NCBI GenBank assembly: GCA_012518455.1
Contig: JAAYSA010000050.1
Span: forward strand, 1 to 61,173
Direction: 5' to 3'
DNA length: 61,173 bases
Source: Erysipelotrichaceae bacterium
GTDB taxonomy: Bacteria; Bacillota_I; Bacilli_A; RFN20; CAG-826
Shown here: piece after piece, positions 17,491-26,230 of the stretch
Layout: each line of letters starts with the position of its first letter
Numbering within the stretch: the stretch's first letter is position 1
Notes under the pieces: generated by a model
The model's database searches: none
Told to the model about the DNA's origin: nothing
The model's input: the letters and a program-made list of their open reading frames with translations, nothing else
Made by a program: the position numbers and the translations under genes

Positions 17491-20112
17491 TTAATCGTCT
17501 TCTAAAATGTCAAAAATTGACATTTGTTCATATTCAACTTCTTTACGTTTAGTTGATTTTTCTATCGTTTTAATTGTTGCAACTTCTGTTTGAATTACGG
17601 GTTCATATGCTTTAGTTTCAGCACTTATCGTTCGAACTAACATACGGTAGAGTCCTACAAAAACTTCTCCTTTTCCTAGTTGATCAATATTTTGTTTTGC
17701 GTATTTATCGGTCGCGGTAAGTTTTACATCATCAATAACGACTGGAACAAGGTTATTATTATCCGTTAAATTATAGGCAATAAGACTATCTTCAAGTGTT
17801 TTATCAATTGCAAGAACTCCAACAACATTATGTACATCACTCTTAAATGAGCGCATAACATACTGCATTTTGCCAAGACGGGCTGTTATTTCAAGATGAT
17901 TGACATCTACAAGTCGGACATGACCTTTATTAGTTAAAATACCGAGACGAATTTTTTCACCCGGATGAACAGAAACTAGACCAACAATAGCGTCATTTTT
18001 AAGTCGTGATATTGCTTTAACACCAGCGGCTTTTAAACTAAGTGGGCTAACTTCGTTTTCATTATAATAGCTAGCACTTCCATTTCTAGTAACGACAACT
18101 AGATCACTATTTCCGCTTGTTGCGACAACATCAACAAGATAGTCACCCTTACTTAGACGAATACAAATAAGCGGTCTAGAGAAACGAATCGCGGTAAATT
18201 CACTAATCAAACTACGTTTAATTCGCCCTTTTCCAGTAACCATAGTAAAGTAGAGATCATCACGGAATTCTTTGATTACAAAGGCTTTTATTAGTTTTTC
18301 ATCAGGGCTTAAAGTAACGATATAATTTAAATGTTTACCCTCATCCTTCCAGCGACCTTCATGAATTGTATAAACTGGAATATAGCAATAATTTCCCTTA
18401 TTGGTAAAAACAATAATCGTATCTTTATTATTTGCTTCATCTGCCATTACAAGAAGGTCACCGCTTTTAATTCCAGGTAGAGCATTTTCTCCACTTGATA
18501 CATATGAGCGCATTGAACTTCGCTTTAAGTAGCCGTCTCGCGTAATTGCAATCATAACATCTTCATCTGCAATTAAGTCGCGTTTATCAATTTCAATAAT
18601 TTCACCACGTTCCCTAATTGAGGTACGACGGTCGTCACCAAATTTTTTACTAATTTCTTTTAAGTCATTAATTAAAACGCGGTTAAGAGCATTTTCATTT
18701 GCTAAAATCTCGCGTAAATTAGTAATTTCTTTTTCGATACTATCTTCTTCGTTAACTAGCGTTGTAATATCAGTATTACTTAATCGATATAACTGCATCG
18801 TTAATATTGCTTCGGCTTGTTCTGCAGTAAAGTCAAAAGCTTCAATTAAATTTTCTTTAGCATTGGCTTTATCTTTACTTTTACGAATTAGTTTTACGAC
18901 ATCATCTAAGATACTAATGGCTTTCATTAAACCATCGACGATATGAAGTCTTTTTAATAGTCTTTCTAGATCAAATTCGCTTCTTCGTCTGATAACATCG
19001 ACTTGATGATCAATATAGTAATCAACAAGTTGAAGTAAGTTTAGTGTCTGCGGACGATTATCTGCAATTGCAACAACATTAGCGTTATAACTAGTTCTAA
19101 GAAGCGTCTTATTAAGTAGATATTCTGTGATAACTTCGCTATTGGCGTCTTTTCTTAAGTCAACGACAATTCGTAAACCTTTACGGTCGCTTTCATCGCG
19201 AAGTTCTAAAAGACCATCGATTGCTTTCTTTTCGATAATATTGCCAATGTCGCGAAGAATAATTGATTTATTTACTTGATAAGGAATTTCAGTTATGACC
19301 ATTTTTTGAAGATTATCTTCATTTACAATTTCCCATCTTGCTTCAATTTCAATTCTTCCGCGACCTGTTGTATAAATCTTATCTAGGCCATCACTTTTAT
19401 AAACAATCCCACCAGTTGGGAAATCTGGACCTTTAATAAATTCACGTAAATCTTCAATAGTTGCTTTTTTATGTGTGATTCGATAAATAATTGCCTCGAT
19501 AACTTCTTTCATGTTATGAGGGGGAATTTCAGTTGCAACTGCTACTGCAATACCTTGAGAACCATTTAAAAGTAAATTCGGAAAACGAGATGGTAAAACA
19601 ACCGGCTCAAGATCAACATCATCAAAAGTAAGTTGTTTATCAACAGTGTTTTTATCAATATCTCGCGTTAGTAGTTCGCTTAATTCGTTAAGTCTAGCTT
19701 CGGTATATCGATATGAAGCAGGCGCATCCCCATCAATTGAACCATTATTACCTTGAAAATCAATTAAAGGATAACGAAGGTTCCAAGGTTGAGATAGACG
19801 CGCAAGTGCTTCATAAATTGAACTATCACCATGTGGGTGATAGCGGCCCATAACCGCACCAACGGAATGGGCGCACTTGCGAGTTGGCTTTGTATGGATG
19901 TTTCCTTCATCATACATACAATAAACAATTCGTCTTTGAACTGGTTTTAAGCCGTCTCTAACATCAGGAATTGCTCTATTTTGAATGACCTCTTTAGCAT
20001 ATAAACCAAAACGATCACCCATGATTTCTTCCATTGGCATTTCGATGATATGTTCTTCAATTTGAGGTTCTTTAACAACTTTTTTAGTTGTTTTTTTAGT
20101 TTTCTTACTCAT
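17491..20112 (-). CDS. parC: DNA topoisomerase IV subunit A
   Basis: RAIPDVRDGLKPVQRRIVY (Q as in ParC, H in GyrA), active-site YRYTEARL; follows parE; plsY divergent as in S. aureus and S. pneumoniae. Confidence 0.82.
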   Translation of the reverse strand: MSKKTKKTTKKVVKEPQIEEHIIEMPMEEIMGDRFGLYAKEVIQNRAIPDVRDGLKPVQRRIVYCMYDEGNIHTKPTRKCAHSVGAVMGRYHPHGDSSIYEALARLSQPWNLRYPLIDFQGNNGSIDGDAPASYRYTEARLNELSELLTRDIDKNTVDKQLTFDDVDLEPVVLPSRFPNLLLNGSQGIAVAVATEIPPHNMKEVIEAIIYRITHKKATIEDLREFIKGPDFPTGGIVYKSDGLDKIYTTGRGRIEIEARWEIVNEDNLQKMVITEIPYQVNKSIILRDIGNIIEKKAIDGLLELRDESDRKGLRIVVDLRKDANSEVITEYLLNKTLLRTSYNANVVAIADNRPQTLNLLQLVDYYIDHQVDVIRRRSEFDLERLLKRLHIVDGLMKAISILDDVVKLIRKSKDKANAKENLIEAFDFTAEQAEAILTMQLYRLSNTDITTLVNEEDSIEKEITNLREILANENALNRVLINDLKEISKKFGDDRRTSIRERGEIIEIDKRDLIADEDVMIAITRDGYLKRSSMRSYVSSGENALPGIKSGDLLVMADEANNKDTIIVFTNKGNYCYIPVYTIHEGRWKDEGKHLNYIVTLSPDEKLIKAFVIKEFRDDLYFTMVTGKGRIKRSLISEFTAIRFSRPLICIRLSKGDYLVDVVATSGNSDLVVVTRNGSASYYNENEVSPLSLKAAGVKAISRLKNDAIVGLVSVHPGEKIRLGILTNKGHVRLVDVNHLEITARLGKMQYVMRSFKSDVHNVVGVLAIDKTLEDSLIAYNLTDNNNLVPVVIDDVKLTATDKYAKQNIDQLGKGEVFVGLYRMLVRTISAETKAYEPVIQTEVATIKTIEKSTKRKEVEYEQMSIFDILEDD

Positions 20113-20113
20113 T

Positions 20114-22084
20114 TTATCTAACCTCTTCTATGAATTCATCGTATGCGTTAAAGTCAATGTTTTCTTCAATCCATTTTCTTCGAACAGATGGATCTTTTCC
20201 CATAAGGACACGAACTCTCATCGCAACTAGGAGTGGATCTTCAATATTTACACGAATCAAACTACGATTTTCAGGGTTCATTGTTGTATCCCATAGTTGT
20301 TCAGCGTTCATTTCACCTAACCCTTTATAGCGATTAATTTTATAGTTAGCCCCAATTTCTTGCTTAGCTTCTTCTAGGGTTTTATCATCCCAGGCATAGC
20401 GATAAATAAGTTCGCCCTTTTGATATTTATAAACTCGATATAGAGGTGGAGCTGCTAAATAAATCATCCCTGCTTTTAATAAAGGTGTCATATAATGATA
20501 GAAAAATGTTAATAGGAGAGTTTGAATATGGGCACCATCAGTATCAGCGTCAGTCATAATAATGATTTTGCCGTAACGCGATTCACTAATATCGAAGTCT
20601 TTTCCAAAGCCTGCACCAATTGTATTAATAAGGGTAGCAAACTCTTCGTTTTTTAACATTTTTTCGACAGTGTTTGTATCAGTATTAAGCGGTTTCCCGC
20701 GAAGTGGTAAAATAGCCTGAAATTCACGGTCACGACCACTACGAGCGGTGCCACCTGCGCTGTCCCCTTCAACGATAAAGAGTTCATTTCGTGTGTAATC
20801 TTTACTTTGAGCAGGTGTTAATTTGCCACTTAAAATCATCTCATTTCGTGGTTTCTTTGTTTTTCTTAATGTTTCTTTTGCTTTTCTTGCCGCAAGTCTA
20901 GCAGCTTGAGCATCAGTACATTTTTTAACTAAAGCAACTGCAAATTCACGATTTTCATGAAGATAATAAGTTAACTTGTTATAAATAAAATTATTTAACG
21001 CACTTAAAGCTTCTGGGGTTCCTAATTTTCCTTTTGTTTGACCTTCAAATTCAGTTGGTTCTTCAGGAATTCGAAGCGAAATGATTGCAGTCAACCCTTC
21101 ACGGATATCACTTCCTTCTAGTTTTTGTTTTCCCCGAAGTAAATTATTTTCTGTAGCAAAATCGTTTACACATCGAGTAAGACCAGTTCTAAAACCGGTT
21201 TCATGAGTACCGCCATCTCTTGTTCTTACATTATTTACATATGAAAGGACAGTTTCACTATAGTCCTCGATACAATATTGCATTGCTATTTCAATTTCCA
21301 TTTTAAAATTAGCTCGATTAATACCGGTGACATCAACTATTTCTTCAAAATAAATAACCGAACTTATGGGCTTTTTATTTTGATTTATGATTTCCATATA
21401 TTCAAAAAGGCCATTTTCATAATAGAATTTTTCTTCAAGGCCTGTTCGTTCATCTTTAATGAAGAAATTTACTTTCTTTAGAAGGAAAGCTCGCTCTTGG
21501 AGATGTGAAGTAATTGTATCCCACTTAAATTCAACAGTTTTAAAAATTTCAGGATCTGGTTTAAAAGTAACTAGAGTACCAGTTCTATTTGTATTACCAA
21601 TAATTTCAAGAGGTTGTACAAGTTTTCCACCATTTTCATAACGTAAATGATGAACTTTTCCTTCGCGCCAAACGGTCACATCTAGCCATTCACTCAAAGC
21701 ATTAGTCACTGAAGCACCAACTCCATGAAGACCAGCACTTGTTTTATAAGAGCTTTCAGAAAATTTACCACCAGCGTGGAGCGTCGTAAAAATCAAATGT
21801 ACCGCTGGTAAGCCGGTTTTTTTATTAATTCCGGTCGGAATACCACGTCCATCATCTTGAACGCTAATTGATCCATCTTTATGAATCGTGACTGAAATTT
21901 TATCACCGTGACCATTCATTGCTTCATCAACCGAGTTATCGACAACTTCCCAAACAAGTTGATGTAAACCAGCCGTATTAGTTGAACCAATATACATTGC
22001 CGGGCGTTTTCTTACGCCTTCTAAACCTTCTAAAACATCAATAGAATCAGCAGTATATGTGGTGTTTTTTAATTTATCAGTCAT
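20114..22084 (-). CDS. parE: DNA topoisomerase IV subunit B
   Basis: GHKL ATPase (VDNSVDEA, DDGRGIP, GLHGVGAS), TOPRIM (EGDSAGG, IMTDADTDGAHI). Confidence 0.82.
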   Translation of the reverse strand: MTDKLKNTTYTADSIDVLEGLEGVRKRPAMYIGSTNTAGLHQLVWEVVDNSVDEAMNGHGDKISVTIHKDGSISVQDDGRGIPTGINKKTGLPAVHLIFTTLHAGGKFSESSYKTSAGLHGVGASVTNALSEWLDVTVWREGKVHHLRYENGGKLVQPLEIIGNTNRTGTLVTFKPDPEIFKTVEFKWDTITSHLQERAFLLKKVNFFIKDERTGLEEKFYYENGLFEYMEIINQNKKPISSVIYFEEIVDVTGINRANFKMEIEIAMQYCIEDYSETVLSYVNNVRTRDGGTHETGFRTGLTRCVNDFATENNLLRGKQKLEGSDIREGLTAIISLRIPEEPTEFEGQTKGKLGTPEALSALNNFIYNKLTYYLHENREFAVALVKKCTDAQAARLAARKAKETLRKTKKPRNEMILSGKLTPAQSKDYTRNELFIVEGDSAGGTARSGRDREFQAILPLRGKPLNTDTNTVEKMLKNEEFATLINTIGAGFGKDFDISESRYGKIIIMTDADTDGAHIQTLLLTFFYHYMTPLLKAGMIYLAAPPLYRVYKYQKGELIYRYAWDDKTLEEAKQEIGANYKINRYKGLGEMNAEQLWDTTMNPENRSLIRVNIEDPLLVAMRVRVLMGKDPSVRRKWIEENIDFNAYDEFIEEVR

Positions 22085-22124
22085 ATCAAATTATCCTTTA
22101 CATAATTTCGTATCTTATTATACC

Positions 22125-22142
22125 AAAGTTTTATAAAACTTT
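22125..22142. promoter_or_regulatory. Perfect 18-bp palindrome in parE/plsY divergent region (candidate operator)
   Basis: AAAGTTTTATAAAACTTT; followed by CGATTTtgAAATCG at 22148-22161. Confidence 0.3.
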
Positions 22143-22285
22143 AAGCCCGATTTTGAAATCGCATTTTCAATATACTTTCTAAACTACAATTTTTAAAATG
22201 ATTTTTTTCATATAAGTGGAGAAATAACGCATTTGTGTTATAGTATTTAAGGACAAAAGTCCAAAAGTATAATGATGAGGCAAAA

Positions 22286-22966
22286 ATGGAAACTTTATAT
22301 AGCGTCTTAATTATATTGGGTGCGATTATATGTGGCTATTTAATCGGTTCTGTTTCAACATCTATTTTAATTGGACGCATTTTTTACAAAGTGGATATCC
22401 GTGATCATGGTTCAGGTAATGCTGGTGGAACAAATGCTGGCCGTATTTTAGGTAAGAAAGCTGGTGCTGCTGTTATCATTATTGATATTTTAAAGATGGT
22501 AATATTTCACTGGGCTTTAACTTTAATCTTTCGTTTTACTTCATTAGGAGATCTTGTAAATCCTAATTTCACTATATATATTGCTTGTTTTTCACTTACG
22601 CTTGGTCATTGTTTTCCAATTTTCCATAGGTTTAGAGGTGGTAAAGCCGTGAGCGGAATCGCTGGTTTTGCTCTTGCTACAAACTGGTTAGTTTTTCTTA
22701 TCGCCTTTATTGTTTTTGTTATTATTCTAAAACTCAAAAAAATGGTTTCTCTTTCAAGTATTACTGGTTCTTTAACAATTTTTGTAATGAGTCTAGTTGT
22801 TATGATACCCACTTTGGTTGATATTTCATTCTATCCTCTTGTTTATATAACTTGGTGGTATCCTGTTTTCTTAGGTTTAACATGTGCGGTTTTAATCATT
22901 TTACATTCTTCAAATATTAAACGAATTATCAAAGGTACCGAACGAAAAATTACTTGGTTAAGATAG
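22286..22966 (+). CDS. plsY: Glycerol-3-phosphate acyltransferase PlsY
   Basis: GSGNAGGTNAGR, HCFPIFHRFRGGKAV motifs, multi-TM. Confidence 0.92.
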   Translation: METLYSVLIILGAIICGYLIGSVSTSILIGRIFYKVDIRDHGSGNAGGTNAGRILGKKAGAAVIIIDILKMVIFHWALTLIFRFTSLGDLVNPNFTIYIACFSLTLGHCFPIFHRFRGGKAVSGIAGFALATNWLVFLIAFIVFVIILKLKKMVSLSSITGSLTIFVMSLVVMIPTLVDISFYPLVYITWWYPVFLGLTCAVLIILHSSNIKRIIKGTERKITWLR

Positions 22967-22969
22967 TTT

Positions 22970-23024
22970 AGTTATCTTTTAGTAGTTTATTAGTTGATAG
23001 CGAGTAGTAAAGTAAGTAATAAAA
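22970..23024 (+). repeat. 11-bp phased AGTA repeat array (5 units) after plsY
   Basis: AGTTATCTTTT AGTAGTTTATT AGTTGATAGCG AGTAGTAAAGT AAGTAATAAAA. Confidence 0.7.
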
Positions 23025-23026
23025 AA

Positions 23027-23057
23027 GCGACACTAATTTATAATGTCGCGTTTTTTT
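23027..23057. terminator. Bidirectional terminator between plsY and yneF
   Basis: gcgaca / tgtcgc stem flanked by A6 and T7. Confidence 0.7.
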
Positions 23058-23072
23058 AACTAAATATAAGGC

Positions 23073-23294
23073 TTATTGTTTCATTGAGCGCATAACAGCA
23101 CGTACTTGTGCTTCGCTTGGTTTACGCCCAGTAGCAGAAAGCATTGCACGAACTTGTTTTTCTGATATTGGTGGATTCTTTTTTAGTTGAACTTGGAATA
23201 CTTTTCTAGAAATAAAGAAGCCAAGAACTAAACCTAGTACTAAAGCTCCAACACCAATACCAATAATTCCACCTGTAGACATTAAAATAATCAT
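23073..23294 (-). CDS. yneF: UPF0154 family membrane protein YneF
   Basis: 73 aa, one N-terminal TM, then NPPISEKQVRAM...GRKPSEAQVRAVMRSM. Confidence 0.8.
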   Translation of the reverse strand: MIILMSTGGIIGIGVGALVLGLVLGFFISRKVFQVQLKKNPPISEKQVRAMLSATGRKPSEAQVRAVMRSMKQ

Positions 23295-23296
23295 AA

Positions 23297-23854
23297 TTAT
23301 GCTCGTCCGTCGTAAGTGCCGTTATCGGTTCTTACTAGAACTACTTCTCCTTCCTCAATAAATAATGGAACACGAATACGAAGACCAGTTTGACAAACTG
23401 CATCTTTTGTTGCGTTTTGAACTGTGTTTCCACGAACACCAGGATCACATTCAGTAATTTTTAGGGCAACTTTGGCAGGTAAGGTTATACCTAAAAGTTC
23501 GCCTTCGTATGAAGCTATTTCTACTTCATGCCCTTCTACAAGAAATTGCATTTCCCATTCAAGCATGGCTTTAGGAACTTCAACTTGTTCAAATGTATCA
23601 TTGTTCATAAATACAAGACCATCACCAGCATCATAAAGATATGACATTGTCTTTTTACTAATTGAAATACGATCAATTTGATAACCAGAGTTAAAAGTTA
23701 ATTCAGTAATTGCACCTGTACGAACATTTTTTACTTTTAATTTAGCGACCATTTTTCTCATCGCTGTTTTATTTAGTAAAATATCTAGTACATTGTAGAG
23801 ATTGCCTGCTTCAATAAAATAATTGCCAGGTCTTAATTCAGTTACGTTAATCAT
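23297..23854 (-). CDS. efp: Elongation factor P
   Basis: 185 aa, LRPGNYF...KPGKG-like loop region, three OB/KOW domain layout. Confidence 0.92.
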   Translation of the reverse strand: MINVTELRPGNYFIEAGNLYNVLDILLNKTAMRKMVAKLKVKNVRTGAITELTFNSGYQIDRISISKKTMSYLYDAGDGLVFMNNDTFEQVEVPKAMLEWEMQFLVEGHEVEIASYEGELLGITLPAKVALKITECDPGVRGNTVQNATKDAVCQTGLRIRVPLFIEEGEVVLVRTDNGTYDGRA

Positions 23855-23920
23855 TTTTTATCACCTCTTTTTCATTAAAATTATATCATTATATGTTATT
23901 TATAACAAATAGAACAAATA

Positions 23921-24553
23921 TCACATTAATAAGTATGGATTGGTCTCTAATTCGTGTCGTAAAATAGTCGGTTTATCTCCATGTCCCGGATAAATTAAGA
24001 GTTTAGGATCAAGCTTTTTTAATTTATTAAGACTTTCATTAATTTTTTTAGGTTCACTTGTTACTAGATCAACTCTTCCTATCATTCCATTAAAAAGAGT
24101 GTCTCCCGTAAAAAGAATATTGTATTCTTTAAGTAAATAACAAACGCTTCCTTTTGAATGAAACGGTGTATGAATTACTTGAAATGTAAAATCACCAATT
24201 TTAAGTTCATCACCATCATTAATTGTAACTAAACCATCCTTAAGAGGTTCACCAATTTGCATATAAAAGAGAGCTTTTTGATACTTCTTAGGGTTTGTTA
24301 ACCATTCTTCGTCTTCTTTATGAACATAAACGGGACAATTAAAGGTAGTTTGAAGTAAACTAGCACCTTTTGAGTGATCATAGTGGCCGTGCGTAATTAA
24401 AACTGCTATAACATCGCCGTATTTTTCTTTAATAATTTTAGCAATGGAAGGGTCTTTTGAACCTGGATCAACTACAATTACTCCTTCTTTACTGATGACT
24501 AAATAACAATTAGCAGCTTGTTGATTTTGTGGAAATGTTAAATGTATAACCAT
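23921..24553 (-). CDS. MBL-fold metallo-hydrolase
   Basis: THGHYDH (HxHxDH) motif, later H and D ligands. Confidence 0.8.
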   Translation of the reverse strand: MVIHLTFPQNQQAANCYLVISKEGVIVVDPGSKDPSIAKIIKEKYGDVIAVLITHGHYDHSKGASLLQTTFNCPVYVHKEDEEWLTNPKKYQKALFYMQIGEPLKDGLVTINDGDELKIGDFTFQVIHTPFHSKGSVCYLLKEYNILFTGDTLFNGMIGRVDLVTSEPKKINESLNKLKKLDPKLLIYPGHGDKPTILRHELETNPYLLM

Positions 24554-24589
24554 AAAACTTATATATTGTAAAAAAATAAAGCCGGAGCT

Positions 24590-24739
24590 TTATCTTTTTT
24601 CTCTATGTAGGGTATTTTTATTGCAACGTGGGCAATATTTTTTTAGTTCTAACCGATCTGGAACGTTCTTTTTATTTTTACTACTTAGATAATTTTCTTC
24701 GTTACATTCGGTACATCTTAACATAATTCGAGTACGCAT
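24590..24739 (-). CDS. rpmG: 50S ribosomal protein L33 (49 aa, below ORF-track cutoff)
   Basis: Manual translation [49 protein letters not shown]; SD aggagg 7 nt upstream; hairpin ataaagc-cgga-gctttat at the stop. Confidence 0.88.
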   Translation of the reverse strand: MRTRIMLRCTECNEENYLSSKNKKNVPDRLELKKYCPRCNKNTLHREKR

Positions 24740-24863
24740 TTATCTACCTCCGTTTATACGGAATGTATTTTATCATATAAAATAATTAAATACTATAATA
24801 AAGATGTTTAATTATTATCTTTGCGATTAAATGATATAATAAAAATGAAATATTGGAGAAGAA

Positions 24864-25916
24864 ATGAAACGAACTGAAACTAATAAAATTAAAGTTGGTA
24901 ATCTTACAATCGGTGGTTCAAATACTGTTTTAATTCAAAGTATGTGTAATATTAAAACTAGTAAAGTAAGCGAGATATGTAAACAAATTAACGACTGTGC
25001 TCGTTTAGGCGCTGATTTAATGCGTGTTTCTATCGTTGATAAAGAAGATGCTCTTGCTCTAAAAGAGATTAAAAAACATATTTCTATTCCTTTAGTTGCA
25101 GATATTCATTTTGATTACCGCTTAGCACTTCTTGCTATTGAAAATGGGGCTGATAAAATTCGTATTAACCCAGGTAATATTGGTTCAATTGATAAGATTC
25201 AGCAAGTAGTAGATGCTTGTAAAAAAGCTAATGTTTCGATTCGTATCGGCATTAATTCAGGATCTTTAGATAAAGAAATTATTAAAGATGGCGAAAAAGT
25301 GAGCCATGTTCATCTAGTTAACAGTGCTAAAAAACACATTAAAATCATTGAAGATATGGGCTTTAATAATATTGTTTTATCTTTAAAAGCAAGTGATGTT
25401 AAAGAAACTATTGCAGCATATCGCTTAGCTAGTAAAACATTTAAATATCCACTGCATTTGGGCATTACTGAGGCCGGAACTAAAGAGGTTGGCGTCATCC
25501 GTAGTGTTGCAGGCCTATCGCCACTTCTTCTTGAAGGAATTGGAAATACGATTCGTATTTCTTTAACTGATAGTCCACAAGAAGAAATTAAAGTTTGTAA
25601 AAGACTTCTTCATGATATTGGATTATATCCAAACTATCCAACTCTTATTAGTTGCCCGACATGCGGACGAACTGAAGTCGATGTTAAAAAAGTAGCTAGT
25701 CAAGTACTTGAATTACTAGAATACACAAATAAAAAAATTACAGTCGCGGTTATGGGCTGTCCTGTTAATGGACTAGGTGAAGCAAAACATGCTGATATTG
25801 GTTTAGCAGGTGGAAAAATGAAATGGGTACTTTTTAAAAAAGGTCAAGTCATCGATACAATCGATGAAAAAGACGCCTTTACAAGGCTAAAAAAAGAGAT
25901 AGAATCTTTTAAATAA
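24864..25916 (+). CDS. ispG: 4-hydroxy-3-methylbut-2-en-1-yl diphosphate synthase
   Basis: VGNLTIGG, RINPGNIG, C-terminal CPTCGR...GCPVNGLGEA Fe-S motif. Confidence 0.93.
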   Translation: MKRTETNKIKVGNLTIGGSNTVLIQSMCNIKTSKVSEICKQINDCARLGADLMRVSIVDKEDALALKEIKKHISIPLVADIHFDYRLALLAIENGADKIRINPGNIGSIDKIQQVVDACKKANVSIRIGINSGSLDKEIIKDGEKVSHVHLVNSAKKHIKIIEDMGFNNIVLSLKASDVKETIAAYRLASKTFKYPLHLGITEAGTKEVGVIRSVAGLSPLLLEGIGNTIRISLTDSPQEEIKVCKRLLHDIGLYPNYPTLISCPTCGRTEVDVKKVASQVLELLEYTNKKITVAVMGCPVNGLGEAKHADIGLAGGKMKWVLFKKGQVIDTIDEKDAFTRLKKEIESFK

Positions 25917-25944
25917 CAATGTTATAAAAATTCTTTACAAATTT

Positions 25945-25975
25945 GGTTGACATCTGTTCAACCTTTTCTTATACT
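25945..25975 (+). promoter_or_regulatory. feoAB promoter (TTGACA-17-TATACT) with overlapping 19-bp inverted repeat
   Basis: TTGACA 25947-25952, TATACT 25970-25975; GGTTGA-N7-TCAACC at 25945-25963 overlaps the -35. Confidence 0.6.
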
Positions 25976-26002
25976 ATGTTTAGTTCGGTGAGGCGAACCA
26001 TT

Positions 26003-26230
26003 ATGAAAACTATATGCAATTTAAAGTACAATCAAACAGGCCGCGTAGTGGCGGTACATGGTGAAGGCCACGTTCGTAAACGACTTTTTGATATGGGAGT
26101 TACTCCATCAATTGAAGTTACACTTTTAAAGTGTGCTCCACTTGGAGATCCTATCGAAATTTTAATTCGTGGTTATCACCTTTCATTACGAAAAGACGAA
26201 GCTCTTCTCGTTGAAGTGGAGGTTTTATAA
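26003..26230 (+). CDS. feoA: Ferrous iron transport protein A
   Basis: 75 aa SH3-like; ATG 26003 with SD ggtgagg; the ORF-track TTG start 25943 lies upstream of the promoter -10. Confidence 0.8.
   Translation: MKTICNLKYNQTGRVVAVHGEGHVRKRLFDMGVTPSIEVTLLKCAPLGDPIEILIRGYHLSLRKDEALLVEVEVL

Noticed and set aside
25943-26002. Extended N-termini proposed by the ORF track (feoA 25943, asp23-family 3404, hemW 52658, lepA 56312, holA 61147)
   Set aside because: The extensions run through promoters, terminators or upstream genes. The internal ATGs have proper SD or -10 signals and give canonical N-termini.
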